From Macrostomum lignano (taxonomy: Eukaryota), in the NCBI GenBank assembly GCA_002269645.1, contig NIVC01002949.1, positions 1-64,000 of the forward strand: DNA of 64,000 nucleotides, in the 5' to 3' direction. The stretch's first letter is position 1. Every line of letters begins with the position of its first letter. A model generated the notes under the pieces. The model was not told where the DNA came from and ran no database searches. It saw only the letters and a list, made by a program, of their open reading frames with translations. Both the position numbers and the translations under genes were made by a program. Below, piece after piece: positions 13,211 to 25,965 of the stretch.

Positions 13211-13999
13211 GACCCACCGCTGCCATTACTCTGTTCCCCTATTCTTAAAATCAAGCAGCCAATCGATTCCTGTCTCTAAGCCATCTCTAAGCCACAGCTA
13301 GTGTACGGTACAGTCAGTCTAGCTCGATAGTCTTCCCTTAATTGTGTGTATTTTTTACCCATCTGGCGTGCTTCGTCATCAATATAAATATATCGATCGA
13401 TCTGATAAGTAAATACCCGGCTGTATCACTGACACTTTGCTATAATTATATAATAATTTTTTGACCCCAGCCCTCTTGTCTGTCGTGGTGCTGCCGACTT
13501 TATATTTTCTACTTTACCGCCAGCCCCGTGTGGGCGGTTCGCAGTTATTTATTTATTTATTTGCTTAACCTTTAGAGTCTCTTGCTGTTTAACTCACAAT
13601 TTCCCGGACGGTATTTTTGTTACTTAATTAGGATCGTAGTATAGTTAAAAACTTTTTTCCTAATTTTTATTATTCAACCTGATTGATCTCTCTTGCATCG
13701 GCAGGTGGAGTAGTGGCTGCCGCTGCGATTTTATGATAATTAATTGCTACATCATTTTGGTTATTTGTTTTATATAAAACAGCTGCACGCTCATGTCATG
13801 GACTCTGTATTGATTGACCTTTTACACAAGCTTTGTTTTTTTAATCTATTGTAAGTATTAGCAGTGCGGGTTTAGCTACTCAAATATTTATGCAGTCGGC
13901 TGTTTAAAGAATCTCGGCAGTTTTATTTTTACTTTGTCGGTAAGAAAGCAATAAAAAATTATCAAATGCTTCTGACTGTTTTCTTGTGAGTAGATACAT

Positions 14000-14400
14000 T
14001 GCGTGCTGTTGCTATGTGGTCGCTATGTTGTTGCTACGTGGTCGCTATGTTGTTGCTAATGCTATGCTGTTGCTGTGGGGTCGCTATGTAGTTGCTATGC
14101 TGTTGCTAATGCTATGCTGTTGCTGTGGGGTCGCTATGTAGTTGCAATGCTGTTGCTATGTAGTTACTATGGGGTTGCTATGTAGTTGCAATGCTGTTGC
14201 TATGTGCTCGCTATGTTGTTGCTATTCTGTTGCTACTTGATCGCTATGTTGTTGCTAATGCTATGCCATTGCTATGTGGTAGCTATGTAGTTGCTATGTG
14301 GTCGCTTTGCCGTTGTTATGTTGCTATGCGGTTGCTATCTGGTCGCTATGTGGTTTCTATGATGTTATTATCGTTTCAAGACCAATCGTTGCTATGCGGC
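14000..14400. repeat. Degenerate low-complexity repeat (ttgctatgt/gtcgctatg)
   Basis: Recurrent gctatg motifs. Confidence 0.8.
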
Positions 14401-14984
14401 TTAATAAATTTTTTTCTCGATTAGCTAAAATATTTACCCACACAATAAATTACAATACAAGATATATTCAGTGTAAATCTTGCCGTTGTTTTATCAATAA
14501 TTCTAGCCTTCCTTTAAATATGCGATCAAGGAGCAGCCGTACTGAGCATGACAACTAAGTTTTAGTATTCAGCTTAGCCTTTCGCTTGCTGGGCTGTATT
14601 AACTGTATTCATAGCGAGCAGCGGTTTGGCTGCAGCCGATATCTGAGTATCTTGTTTGGGTTTGAAAGCAAAATGTGTTTGATTTAGCACCTCTATATCC
14701 TGCGCATTAGTGCCGTGTACTTCTGTAGACATTATACTTAATAGCTGATCCCACTGTTTCATATGCTTATTTGTTCGCTATAGTGTGTACGCTTCATAAG
14801 TGAAAGAATTTTTCTCTAACAAAAAATTACAATAAAACCTTGTACAATGCCTACTTTAGGCTTGTTTGACATGTTTGATCGCTCTTAAAAGTGCTGGCTT
14901 GCTTAGCCTATGTCGCTAAGCGTGTAAAAAGCTTTGGATATGTCTTAGTTCATTAGCATACTTGTTCATTAATAGATTTGACAT

Positions 14985-15925
14985 GATGGGAGCGGCCCTA
15001 CTGAGTAGATATGAAATGTGAGCGGCCCTGCTCAGTAGATATGAGATGGAAGCAGTAGATATGAGATGGAAGCAGTAGATATGAGATGGGAGCAGTAGAT
15101 ATGAGATGGGAGCAGTAGATATGAGATGGGAGCAGTAGATATGAGATGGGAGCAGTAGATATGAGATGGGAGCAGTAGATATGAGATGGAAGCAGTAGAT
15201 ATGAGATGGGAGCAGTAGATATGAGATGGAAGCAGTAGATATGAGATGGGAGCAGTAGATATGAGATGGGAGCAGTAGATATGAGATGGGAGCAGTAGAT
15301 ATGAGATGGAAGCAGTAGATATGAGATGGGAGCAGTAGATATGAGATGGAAGCAGTAGATATGAGATGGGAGCAGTAGATATGAGATGGAAGCAGTAGAT
15401 ATGAGATTGAAGCAGTAGATATGAGATGGGAGCAGTAGATATGAGATGGAAGCAGTAGATATGAGATTGGAGCAGTAGATATGAGATGGAAGCAGTAGAT
15501 ATGAGATGGGAGCAGTAGATATGAGATGGAAGCAGTAGATATGAGATGGAAGCAGTAGATATGAGATGGGAGCAGTAGATATGAGATGGAAGCAGTAGAT
15601 ATGAGATTGAAGCAGTAGATATGAGATGGGAGCAGTAGATATGAGATGGAAGCAGTAGATATGAGATTGGAGCAGTAGATATGAGATGGAAGCAGTAGAT
15701 ATGAGATGGGAGCAGTAGATATGAGATGGGAGCAGTAGATATGAGATGGAAGCAGTAGATATGAGATGGAAGCAGTAGATATGAGATGGGAGCAGTAGAT
15801 ATGAGATGGAAGCAGTAGATATGAGATGGGAGCAGTAGATATGAGATGGAAGCAGTAGATATGAGATGGGAGCAGTAGATATGAGATGGAAGCAGTAGAT
15901 ATGAGATGGGAGCGGCCCCTGCTCA
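14985..15925. repeat. Minisatellite, 20 bp unit (gagatgggagcagtagatat)
   Basis: About 44 copies, flanked by longer ancestral-looking units containing gagcggccc. Confidence 0.97.
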
Positions 15926-16447
15926 GTAAGTACATGTATGAGACGGATTTATTTTAAAACTTTATTTCTTGTATATGCCATTTACTGAGTAGGTGCGTAA
16001 AAATATGAGTTTACGTGTCAAGCTTCCATAAAATTAACAATAATCTTGCAGAAAACTACTGCAATAAGAGTACGAGTAGTAGTAGTACTAATAGTAGCGC
16101 GTTAGGCGTTCAGTCAAGCGTAATTCTTTGGCGGCAGAATTCAGCGAACCAAAATGTTCGCCAGTAGCATGACGTAGAGAAGGCCGAAAGCGCTTTTGAT
16201 GGTAGTCTGAAAAATTATTGCGGTTTTTTCGGCGGTTACCTTTACATATTGCAACTGCAGATGGCTAAGCTGGGGCTCTATAAGGTATTAAACCGACTAC
16301 GCCTATATTATATTACTAAGTTGTTTATAAGCTTAGTGAACCGCCAAACAAGGCTGCAAATATTGGCGCCCCTCAATGAAAATCCCAGCGTTCAGGTACG
16401 CCACTGATGAGCTTCAATAAAAGTTGCTTGATGCCAATAGTCGGGTA

Positions 16448-16976
16448 TTAGACGGTTTTGCTCACCGATCCGCATGGGATATTGTTCCCGTTAAGTCTCA
16501 TGCAGTTCTCGCTGTTAACTGGCTCGCAGATGCCTGGGTGGGTGATGCCGTCAGTTCGCTCCGGGGTGCCGCCCTCGGTCCAGACGCACTGTGGGTCGCC
16601 GAGCTCTTCGCCGTTGCTCCGGCCGTCTTGGTCAGAGTCTAACTGGCAGATAGTGGAGTTCCACACCTGCGTGTGAATGATCGTGTAACATGCATGCATT
16701 GCGTGTGCCTATGCAATACAATGCCAATCCAGTGATTAAAGTGCATATAGTTACAAATCCGTTAGACTTGAAGGCTATTCCAAACGGGTTCCTCTCGCCG
16801 CCGCCGTCCTTGTTCCAGTGACCAACTCCGGGCCACTGGGTGCCGGCCTGGCACGGATTGTTCACATTGGCGCCGTTGGGGATCTTGGCCTGCAGTGTCT
16901 TGAACGCGTCTACTGTTGCCGAGCCGAGCAGCAGTAGCAGCAGAGCTGCCGGGGCCAATCCTAGAAACAGTTTCAT
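16448..16976 (-). CDS. Temptin-like secreted protein (2 exons)
   Basis: Exons 16976-16755 and 16666-16448 (GT..AG, phase 0). Signal peptide MKLFLGLAPAALLLLLLGSATVDA, then KIPNGANVNNPC..WPGVGHWNKDGGGERNPFGIAFKSNGF|VWNSTICQLDSDQDGRSNGEELGDPQCVWTEGGTPERTDGITHPGICEP. These are hallmark motifs of the Aplysia temptin family. Confidence 0.9.
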
Positions 16977-17717
16977 TGCTGGAGTAGCCAAGGTGTTAAA
17001 GCAGAAACTCGTACAAAATTCTGCAAGTTTCTCGGCAAAAACGATGCAGAGAACGTCAATTTATGGCCGCGGTGCAGTCGAGTCAAGCGGGCGAAATCAG
17101 CCAGCGATAAGCTAAGATAAGATCGCCTTCTGCCTTTGACACCAGGTGCAGGCAGTGCCTGGCTACGAGCAAAGTCCAGGCTCAACTGACTGACTAACTT
17201 AACTGCTCCAAACGTCGCGAAGCGTCAGCAAAAGCGGCACGATTGCCGAGCGTGTGCAATGCAGTTTGTTGAACTCGACAGGCCTCACTTCATAGGTATT
17301 ATATCTGCTTTTGTTTCTATAATGGCGAATTGTACATTCTGCATTTTGTTTCCTTCAGTAGACTGCAGCAATGGTAAGGACTGAACGCACATTGGTCTGA
17401 ATGGCTGCAGCTAGCCTTCTACTATAAAGATCTTGCTTGTGAAGCTCACATGATAAAACCCAGTGAAGGAGCCTGCATCAATTTTCAGTGTACTTCACTG
17501 ATAATGAATACATGCACAATGAGGGTTAGGAAAAGAGAAGTGAGGTTTTAACACAGCTAGGCAGTTGTCCCGATCTCTCCCACTTTAAAATAGCTGCATT
17601 AGACAGGCGGACAGCCGCATAGAATTCCTAGCTATTGAGCGAATGTTGGCCTGCCCTGCACTCTGATGGGACGGCCTTACACCTCTACCTCTCTTTCTCT
17701 GTAGTACTCCGCAAATG

Positions 17718-18258
17718 ACGGCAGCTCATTAATCAGGACTGGGTGCAGGGCGGCAGCTCATTAATCAGGACTGGGTGCAGGGCGGCAGCTCATTAATCAG
17801 GACTGGGTGCAGGGCGGCAGCTCATTAATCAGGACTGGGTGCAGGGCGGCAGCTCATTAATCAGGACTGGTGCAGGGCGGCAGCTCATTAATCAGGACTG
17901 GGTGCAGGGCGGCAGCTCATTAATCAGGACTGGTGCAGGGCGGCAGCTCATTAATCAGGACTGGGTGCAGGGCGGCAGCTCATTAATCAGGACTGGGTGC
18001 AGGGCGGCAGCTCATTAATCAGGACTGGGTGCAGGGCGGCAGGTCATTAATCCGGACTGGGTGCAGGGCGGCAGCTCATTAATCAGGACTGGGTGCAGGG
18101 CGGCAGCTCATTAATCAGGACTGGGTGCAGGGCGGCAGCTCATTAATCAGGACTGGGTGCAGGGCGGCAGCTCATTAATCAGGACTGGGTGCAGGGCGGC
18201 AGGTCATTAATCCGGACTGGGTGCAGGGCGGCAGCTCATTAATCAGGATTGGGTGCAG
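17718..18258. repeat. Minisatellite, 32 bp unit (gcagctcattaatcaggactgggtgcagggcg)
   Basis: About 16-17 near-identical tandem copies. Confidence 0.97.
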
Positions 18259-19461
18259 TGCATATACGCTCGCACACACCGTTTTAAAATTTCCCAAAAG
18301 TACACTTCTGCAGTCCGCATATTATCGGGACACGGCACTTTTTTGTTTATCGCACCCTGCAGGACCGATAAGCACTGCTGCTCATACTGAAAACGTTTGC
18401 AATCGTTTCAATTAAGAAAACCCATGCTTATCTACGAGTTGCTAGGGGCGAATTTTTCAACAGCTGATTTTGAACAGAGTGTTCGCTCTAGATAACAAAA
18501 CCAGTTCCAAAAAAATCTAGAAAATTCTGTCCTAAGCTGCACTTGGTCGCGCAGGTGCGCCGCATGTACAAAGTGCACTGACCTTGGTCTTTAATTGTTT
18601 CCGCTTTTTGCCTTGCGCGTCTGCATCGAACCTATGGTGGATTTCCTCAATAATCACCAATTTGATAGACCTTATGGGGACATTTATTTTTAAAATAATT
18701 GTAACAGCTTGTAAGTGTTTATATTTAACCAAGAAATCAGCTTAGTAAATAATTTTACAAACTAATAATAACGATTATTTATTTGAATAATGCTGAAAAA
18801 TTGTATTTTAACATGCTAAGTCCATAACAATTAGGGACATTGTGCAGTTGGGACGCATTAGTTTAAAGGCTGATATTTTGCATGATGTACCGAATTTTAA
18901 TTAGAAACCAATGAGCTTACTTTTAAGTAATCAGAGGTGGAAAAATATCTCTAAATAAATTGTTACATTACTTAAATGAATTTACAATTGATTACAGTAA
19001 ACGTAATAATATACAATAAATATAGCAAACTTAAATACCAATATTGCATAACTAGCAATGCACTTTAGTAAGGAAATAAAATAAATTTGAATGATGAAGA
19101 ATTTCAACATTTAGAAGCGACCGATTTTTCTTGCATGCTAGAGTGAGAAGACTCAAGTGGCACAGCGAGACACTGGCCTACTTGGCTTAAGCAAGATACA
19201 TACAGTAAACAAGCAAACGAATGCAATCCTCTGAAAGACAAAGCATGCAAATCAACTGGGATAGGCATAGGAGAAGACCCTAGCACAATATGACAACTTA
19301 GATCTGGGCCGGGTCCGTTCTTTTATGCCATGTGAAAATTTAAAGTTTTTTAAGTTTTCGTTAAATAGTCCTACTGTTTTCTAACTAATCTACTACAAGT
19401 AGACCGGAGTGGGAATTTCTTTCTAACCAGAAGTGCGGGGGCGGGGGAACTGGACAGTTCG

Positions 19462-20877
19462 TCAAGACGCGGACAAGGTGTGGCCAGCGGCCGACATGCC
19501 GGCAAACAGCAGGCGCACCTGGCCAACATGGAGCAGGCAGCAATCAGCTGAGCAGTATTCACCGTCCCACTGAGGATGATCTATAGCCGGCTTCGAGCAG
19601 CCGTGTCTGGCGCAGAAACCGGCCTCTTCCGTAATCACCTTCTTCGGCTTTTTTATTGGCAGATTCTTTTGCTTTTCTTGTGTCTCTTTCTTCAATCTTT
19701 TCACCTTTTTAACTTCGGCAGATTGCTGATGCTGCTTTGGCTTTCGCTGGGTTTTTAGTTGGACTTTAGCCGGTTGTGCTTTAGGCTTAGCGACAACTTC
19801 GCTAAGCTGGTACTGCGGCTCGTGCAGCTGCTGCTGCGGCCTGTGTCCCAAGTTTACTGGCACAGGCAGAGAGTACGGCTTGTTAGAGCGGAGCGCCGAA
19901 CTCCGCTTGGCATAGGCAGCCTTGCCGGCCTGGCCCAGCCGCTGCCACATTCGTTCAATAGCCTGGCTGGCCTCGCCAAACGCCATGGCAGGCTGGTCGC
20001 GTTTCACCTGTGGCAGCGTGTCTTTAAAAAATAACGCGTAGGCCGATTGGACGGCTAAGGACGGAGCTGGGCGAGAGCCCTGACGATGACTCGTCAATAA
20101 TTGGCTAATAGGAGCGTCAAGCTCGGGCTCCGATTCGTCATCGCTATTCGAATCTTCATCAGCAGAATCATCGTCATCATCATTGCTATCTTCTTCCTCA
20201 TAGTCTTGAACGTAGTCGTCAACGCGACTTTGACGCGGTCGCTTCTGACTATTGGCATTGTTAGCAGAGTTGCCTGTACTGTTGACCGCCACTGAGTTGG
20301 GACGATTGTTGCCATTGGCAACAACTAGACTGGATAAATCGCCGTCAAAATCGTCGAATCGATAACATTGGATTAGCAATGGTTGCTGCTTCTGCTGTTG
20401 CTGTTGTCCAAATTGTTGGACCTGTAACTGCGGCAGAGGTTGGTGCAACTGCTGTGGCAATTGCCTATAGGCCTGCTGTGGAACTTGCTGTTGTTGTTGC
20501 TGTTGCGACACTTGGCCGCTAAAAGTTTGCTGCGGCAATTGCTGCTGGTAAATTTGCGAAGGCATTTGCTGCTGGTAGGTTTGCAAAGAAATTTGCTGTG
20601 GCTGATAAACTGGCTGTGGCTGCTTCTGCTGATAGGGTTGCTGAATGGCTTGCTGATAAAGCTGTCTGGGTGCTTGCTGGTACAGATGCTGAGGGATTTG
20701 CTGGGGAACTGTTGTTGTTTGTTGGGGAACTTGCTGGTTGGGATGCTGCGAGGCAGGTTGGTAAAGCTGCTGAAATGGAACCAGTTGACTTGGCTGCTGC
20801 TGAGCTGGTGCAGCTGGGGCCTGCCGCGGCCCAAGAATTATCATTGGTGGAGATACACTAGACCGGTTGTTCTCCAT
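19462..20877 (-). CDS. TOX: TOX-family HMG-box protein (TOX4-like)
   Basis: 471-aa ORF with a Q-rich N-terminus and an acidic tract. HMG box AVQSAYALFFKDTLPQVKRDQPAMAFGEASQAIERMWQRLGQAGKAAYAKR resembles TOX PVSAYALFFRDTQAAIK..ATFGEVSKIVASMW. The C-terminal motif CARHGCSKPAIDHPQWDGEYCSADCCLLH resembles TOX4 CVRSGCENPP..DWDNEYCSNECVVKH. Confidence 0.85.
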   Translation of the reverse strand: MENNRSSVSPPMIILGPRQAPAAPAQQQPSQLVPFQQLYQPASQHPNQQVPQQTTTVPQQIPQHLYQQAPRQLYQQAIQQPYQQKQPQPVYQPQQISLQTYQQQMPSQIYQQQLPQQTFSGQVSQQQQQQQVPQQAYRQLPQQLHQPLPQLQVQQFGQQQQQKQQPLLIQCYRFDDFDGDLSSLVVANGNNRPNSVAVNSTGNSANNANSQKRPRQSRVDDYVQDYEEEDSNDDDDDSADEDSNSDDESEPELDAPISQLLTSHRQGSRPAPSLAVQSAYALFFKDTLPQVKRDQPAMAFGEASQAIERMWQRLGQAGKAAYAKRSSALRSNKPYSLPVPVNLGHRPQQQLHEPQYQLSEVVAKPKAQPAKVQLKTQRKPKQHQQSAEVKKVKRLKKETQEKQKNLPIKKPKKVITEEAGFCARHGCSKPAIDHPQWDGEYCSADCCLLHVGQVRLLFAGMSAAGHTLSAS

Positions 20878-22985
20878 GGCAACTGCAGATTAGTGCAGCC
20901 AGTGGTGTAGCAATTCAATTCAAATTCTTTATAATTGATAGAAAACCATGAAATCATATAAATCAAAGTAAATTATTATTTATTAATGCAACCAGACAAA
21001 TCTTGCATTGATTAACATAAATATAATTATCAGAATAATATATAAACATATATAACCATTATGGTCAAGTTAGTTGATAATGCAATTAAGTCTTAATTGC
21101 AATTTGCAGTGTTGGGTAACTTCCAGCACTTATGGCACTCTTAAAGTGTTAAAGGCTACTTTGTTGTAAGTCTAGCCCTACTAGAACTATATAAATAAAA
21201 AAAATAACAGAACTATTTTGTCAATTTAACTATTTGCATTTTTATGTTAAATTGAAACATTAAAACATTTTTATACTACTTCTACTAATATTTAAAACTT
21301 TTATTTCTAATATTTTCAAATCAAATCACTTTTACAATTGTATAACTAAGCAAAGTAGAGAGTAAAGAGACTAACCTTGGTAGCCAATGGCCATATTAGG
21401 CAATTTTTGTATTAAAAATATAGGCCAAAGATGACAATTTAAATCTTATGAGATGTTTGTTCTATTTACTTTTAGAAAAAGAATACCAATTCCTATATAT
21501 CAATAATTCAAAATTTAAAGAAGTATATGTGACAGGCCTTTTGGCTCTGTCTTTCTAAACTCCTAACTATTGATGCTAGTATTTATTGAATATCCTACGG
21601 GCTGCCACTAAAGTTGTTACAGGGCTAAACCTTTTGTCTCTCTACTTAATGTACCTTTGCATAAATGTACTATTATCACTAGTAGCGTCTACTTATCTAC
21701 TTCTATTGGTAGCGTCTACTTATCTAATGGTAGCGGTTGTACATGTACTATACTTTTTGCCTGAGCAGTCTATTGGCACTGTCTACTCTTTTTACTCTTA
21801 TAAGTTCTCTCTCAGTCCTAGGCGTTCCCTGGATCAGAGGATCACAGCTCTATATTTTCCCTGCCCTGAAGCGATCTTCTCTCACTATGAAGCGGTTCTC
21901 CTACCCTGAGGCAACTTTATACACTCTCTTTAGGCTATTGCCCTAAGGCGATTTCTTGCTTTTAGCAGTTTTGAACTCTCCCAATATAGGGGTTTTTACT
22001 ATAGAAAAGAATAAGTCACTTGAACAATTTTCTTATCAAGTCTTAGCTATTGAAAGCTTTGCTAATAGAGCACACGAACGAGTTAGTCTTCTTGGCTTAT
22101 TCAGGGCTTCTATTTATACCAAAGCTTCTCATCATTTCAAACAAATAATAATTGCAAAAAATATTTTTGTAACTTACAACATTTAAACAAAAGATTCATT
22201 TTTAGCGTGGATTTTTAGTATATGGATTTGAACTAGAGTTTTCTAAGAAACAAAATGAGTATCTATTAGAACTATCATATAGTATCATACTTTTATTAAT
22301 GCATTGTCCCATATATCACCTTAGAATATCCATTAAAAGTTAAAAAAGCAAAAAATGATTTATCAATTTAATGGCAAATTATTTATAGTTTTAAAATATT
22401 TAAATAAAATTTTTAAATTACTCATTACTAAAGCTTAAGTATGCATATTGATTGTATACTGTTAGTTTTTTTATTTTCATATCTATTTTTTAAAGCACTG
22501 GCAAAATTTATATTTTTTTAGTTTAAATATTAGAAATATTTTATATTTAATCTGCTTAGGGCCTATTATAAAAAAATTAAACTTGAACATAATGTAAGGC
22601 CCAGATTAAAACAATTCATTTTATTAGATACTTATATATAGCATAAAACTAAAAAACAAATAAAATTGAAAAATAACGTTTTATACCTTTATAGCCATAT
22701 CTAATCCAAAAAAAATTGATTGAAGAGTTTTGTTAATGACTAGGGATTTTAACCATAGGGAGTCCTCCTTAAAGACCGTAGAAAATTTTGGGGGTTTTAA
22801 CCTTGGGGTTTTGGTTTGGACCATGGGCAATTGGGAATTAAAAAGGATAATTAAAGTAAAAGTTTTGCTTTTAGAAGCTTTTAATAAAATTTATTATAAT
22901 CTTTGGTAGTAGAATATGTAATTTTGTTAGCAGGATTCTTTCTAAGCAAAGTGCTCTATGATTTAGCAATGACATTGTCAAAATG

Positions 22986-23011
22986 TTAGGGTTAGGGTTA
23001 GGGTTAGGGTT
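22986..23011 (+). repeat. Short interstitial (TTAGGG)4
   Basis: Four exact TTAGGG units. Confidence 0.85.
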
Positions 23012-23360
23012 TGATTATTCTGTATATCTACTTCAATCACTGATAATAGGATCTTATTGTGAGCTTCAAGTTACAAGCAAACTGTCATCTAAACTATAAC
23101 AATTTTTCTTGACAAAATGTATAGTAGATAGATAGACATATACATATATGCAAGCAGACAAAGAGACAGATAGATACAGACAGACAGACAGAAATAGATG
23201 GACATAAATAGACTAATAGACATAGATAAATAGACAGATAGATCAACAAGCATTCAAGTAAAGGCAGATGGGAGAATAGATAAGTAGTCTGTCAAATCAC
23301 ATTTTCTAAAATGGTATTTAACAATGTTTTTCTTTTGTATATTTTTTTATTAGTGAGTTG

Positions 23361-23685
23361 GTAGTGCTTATCCCCATGGTACCATAGGAATAATTTCTGT
23401 CTTATTCTAATGGTACTATGGGAATCATTTTCTGCTTATCCACATGGCACACTGACGAGATAGCTGGCCCATCTTCTACATATGCCATGGGAATAATTTA
23501 GTTTAGTACTTACGGTTTAAATGCAGTATAACATAACATTGCTTGACAATTTGTTTAATAGAAGTAAAGATTTAATGTTTTTTTTATGCAAAAAAATGCT
23601 AGTCGTGGTGTTGATCCAAATCAATAGCTTCTTAGTATCCTCAATTCAAATTCCTTTTCAAAAAGCTATAAACTATTCATGTATA

Positions 23686-23739
<54 letters not shown>

Positions 23740-23920
23740 AATATGGCAGCTATCTCGTCAGTGTGCCATGCAAATAAGCAGAAAATTATTCCGACGGCAT
23801 ATGTAGAAGATGGGGCAGCTATCTCGTCAGTGTGCTGTGCGGATAAGCAGAAAATTATTCCCACGGTACCATTGGAATAATACAGAAATTATTCCTATGG
23901 TACCTGGGGATAAGCACTGC
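23361..23920. mobile_element. MITE-like element: ~150-bp inverted repeats enclosing a (TA)n tract
   Basis: 23361-23508 is the diverged reverse complement of about 23780-23920. The right arm has an internal partial duplication, and (TA)n lies at 23688-23735. Confidence 0.7.
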
Positions 23921-24129
23921 CTAGTGGGCATGAGTTTTACTTGTGATACTATTATTATACTAGCAGTTACATAGTAAATTATATAGTCATAGAAGCATAT
24001 ACTTTATGTATATCATAGGTAATGTCATTGATATAAAAACTGACAAACTTGCAATTGCAAAAAAACAAAACTGTATCAATCAACAATATATTATCCTTTA
24101 ATAGTAATTACCCTCTTATATAGCATCTT

Positions 24130-24340
24130 TATATCAGCTGCCTATAGCTATTTTTCTTCTAGCTGCTAAAACCAATGCAATGCTGTTTGCTTAACTTATT
24201 CATAATTTGCAAAACTCCTCTTGGAAAAGCCAGCCTTTGTCTTTTAGCCATTTGAACAAAAATCTATTGTACAAGTTAAAGTCTAGGGCTCTAGTCTAGG
24301 CTATAAGGACACTGCTAGAGCAGATTCACTCACTGTCTAG
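24130..24340 (-). mobile_element. Possible decayed Helitron Rep fragment
   Basis: The minus frame LYNRFLFKWLKDKGWLFQEEFCKL*..YKDA loosely resembles the Helitron GRLFQ motif region (CGG->TGG would restore R). Weak, by-eye similarity only. Confidence 0.25.
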
Positions 24341-25924
24341 TCCTATTGGAATAAGTGTGGAAAACCTGCAAATGCGTTATGCACAATATAGGGTCTAAAA
24401 TTATAGTTCAAAAATGTGATTTAACATAGAACATGTTAACTTTTTGCACTGAATACAAGCATAGTACTAATTAGATAATGAAGCATTTAGCCTTAATAAG
24501 ACAGTCATAGTTATTCTTGCTATTTATCTAAAATTGCAACATGCTGTGATACTACCTACCTTGACTCCAGCATCGAGTCTTTACGTGACACTTGAAAATT
24601 TTAAAATTACAATGGATGGTTAGATAGGGCCTATCTTTTGTCCACTTATTTCAATAGGGCTATCTAGACAGAAATCTGTAAGACTACAATAGCCTAATAC
24701 ATGTGTGACTGTGTGTTGTCTATTCAATGCTAGAAAATTAGCATAGGGCCTATACACTATAATACTACACTTAAGATTATATAATATATATGCGTATGCC
24801 TAAAAATTTGGGCTTGCGTTGGTTGCAAAACACTGGCTTAACACTAGTGTAGCTTTGAGAATATAAGCATGTACTCAAAATTTCTTAGGCGTGTATTTGT
24901 AATTATTCAATTTCATTTGGGCATGTACCTTTGTACCCAGTACCAAGTATAGACCTATTATATGATCTAGAGTATGGCTACAATAATAGACCTGAAAATA
25001 GGACTATGCTTTCAATATATTTGGGATACCACAATTATAATAGGCATGCCGATGGTAAATTATTAAATTTGTGCACTATGTAGGGGTAGGCCTAGGGAGT
25101 TGAAAGACAATGTCCTTGTACTTATAAGCAAATAAGATAAAATAGAATAGGCCTAAATCAAATGAAATGGAAAAAAAACACAAAAAAATAACGTTAATTC
25201 AAGAGGCATATATTGTCTCTAAATTGGATCATATTTTATAAGATACTTACAGGCTACTAATATATTTTATGGCCTAAGTCAATTAGTCAAGTTATCAATA
25301 TTTTCTATCTAAATCTAAAGAAGCCTAACAATTCAACTGTTGCAATTTTAGATAGCTCTATGTGGCTTGGCTATGTTATGTAGAAAGTGTATCTGCCTTT
25401 ATTGGGTTTGCCTTAGTTTAGTTTATTGCAAAGGAGGCTAATCGTTTTTATGACAAAGGTTAAGCTGTGTAAAGGTTTAGCTACAAATTAAATACAAGGA
25501 CTTCTAGACTAACAAGGTCTAGAAGTCCTTGATTAAATATTGTTAATATTTATTGTAATTCAATCAATATCTAACAAACAAAAACATTTACTAGATTCAA
25601 AAGTATGTAAATGACATTACTAAATGCTATGTTGTATGTATACTATTTTAAGTTATATACTTCAAGTAGTTAAGTTAAATTATTAAAATCATCTCATTTT
25701 AAGTTATTTTAAGCCATTTAAAGCTCAAACGAACGCGACCGCACCCTTGGTCCGTAAAAAAGAGATAGTGAAATAGGTATTAATTTAAAACAAACCAGCA
25801 ATATATTGTGTACTTAAAATAAAATATAAGTACGTTGAATATCTTTTGCTAAACATATTTTTTTAAAAACGTTTTTTTTGTTTTAATGTTTTGTTTCTTA
25901 TAAATCGGATTAAACGAACAGTAT

Positions 25925-25965
25925 GGCTCAGATCGCGCGGGCCCGATACGTCTGAGTGCTCTAGT
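25925..25965 (+). mobile_element. Candidate Helitron 3' terminus (GC hairpin followed by CTAG)
   Basis: ctcaga-tcg-cgcgggcc-cga-tacg-tctgag forms a hairpin, followed by tgctCTAG|t. CpG-rich, in contrast to its flanks. Confidence 0.35.

Noticed and set aside
11601-13301. 566-aa Pro/His/Leu/Ser-rich ORF
   Set aside because: Translation of a purine-poor 35-bp tandem array with no domain content.
14916-15935. 339-aa minus-strand ORF
   Set aside because: Translation of the 20-bp array.
21550-22150. Possible solo LTR (short internal repeats, aataaa on the minus strand)
   Set aside because: No TG..CA termini, TSD or second copy could be identified by eye.
22986-23011. Telomere or chromosome fusion site
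   Set aside because: Only four units with no inverted counterpart; such tracts are common inside repeats.
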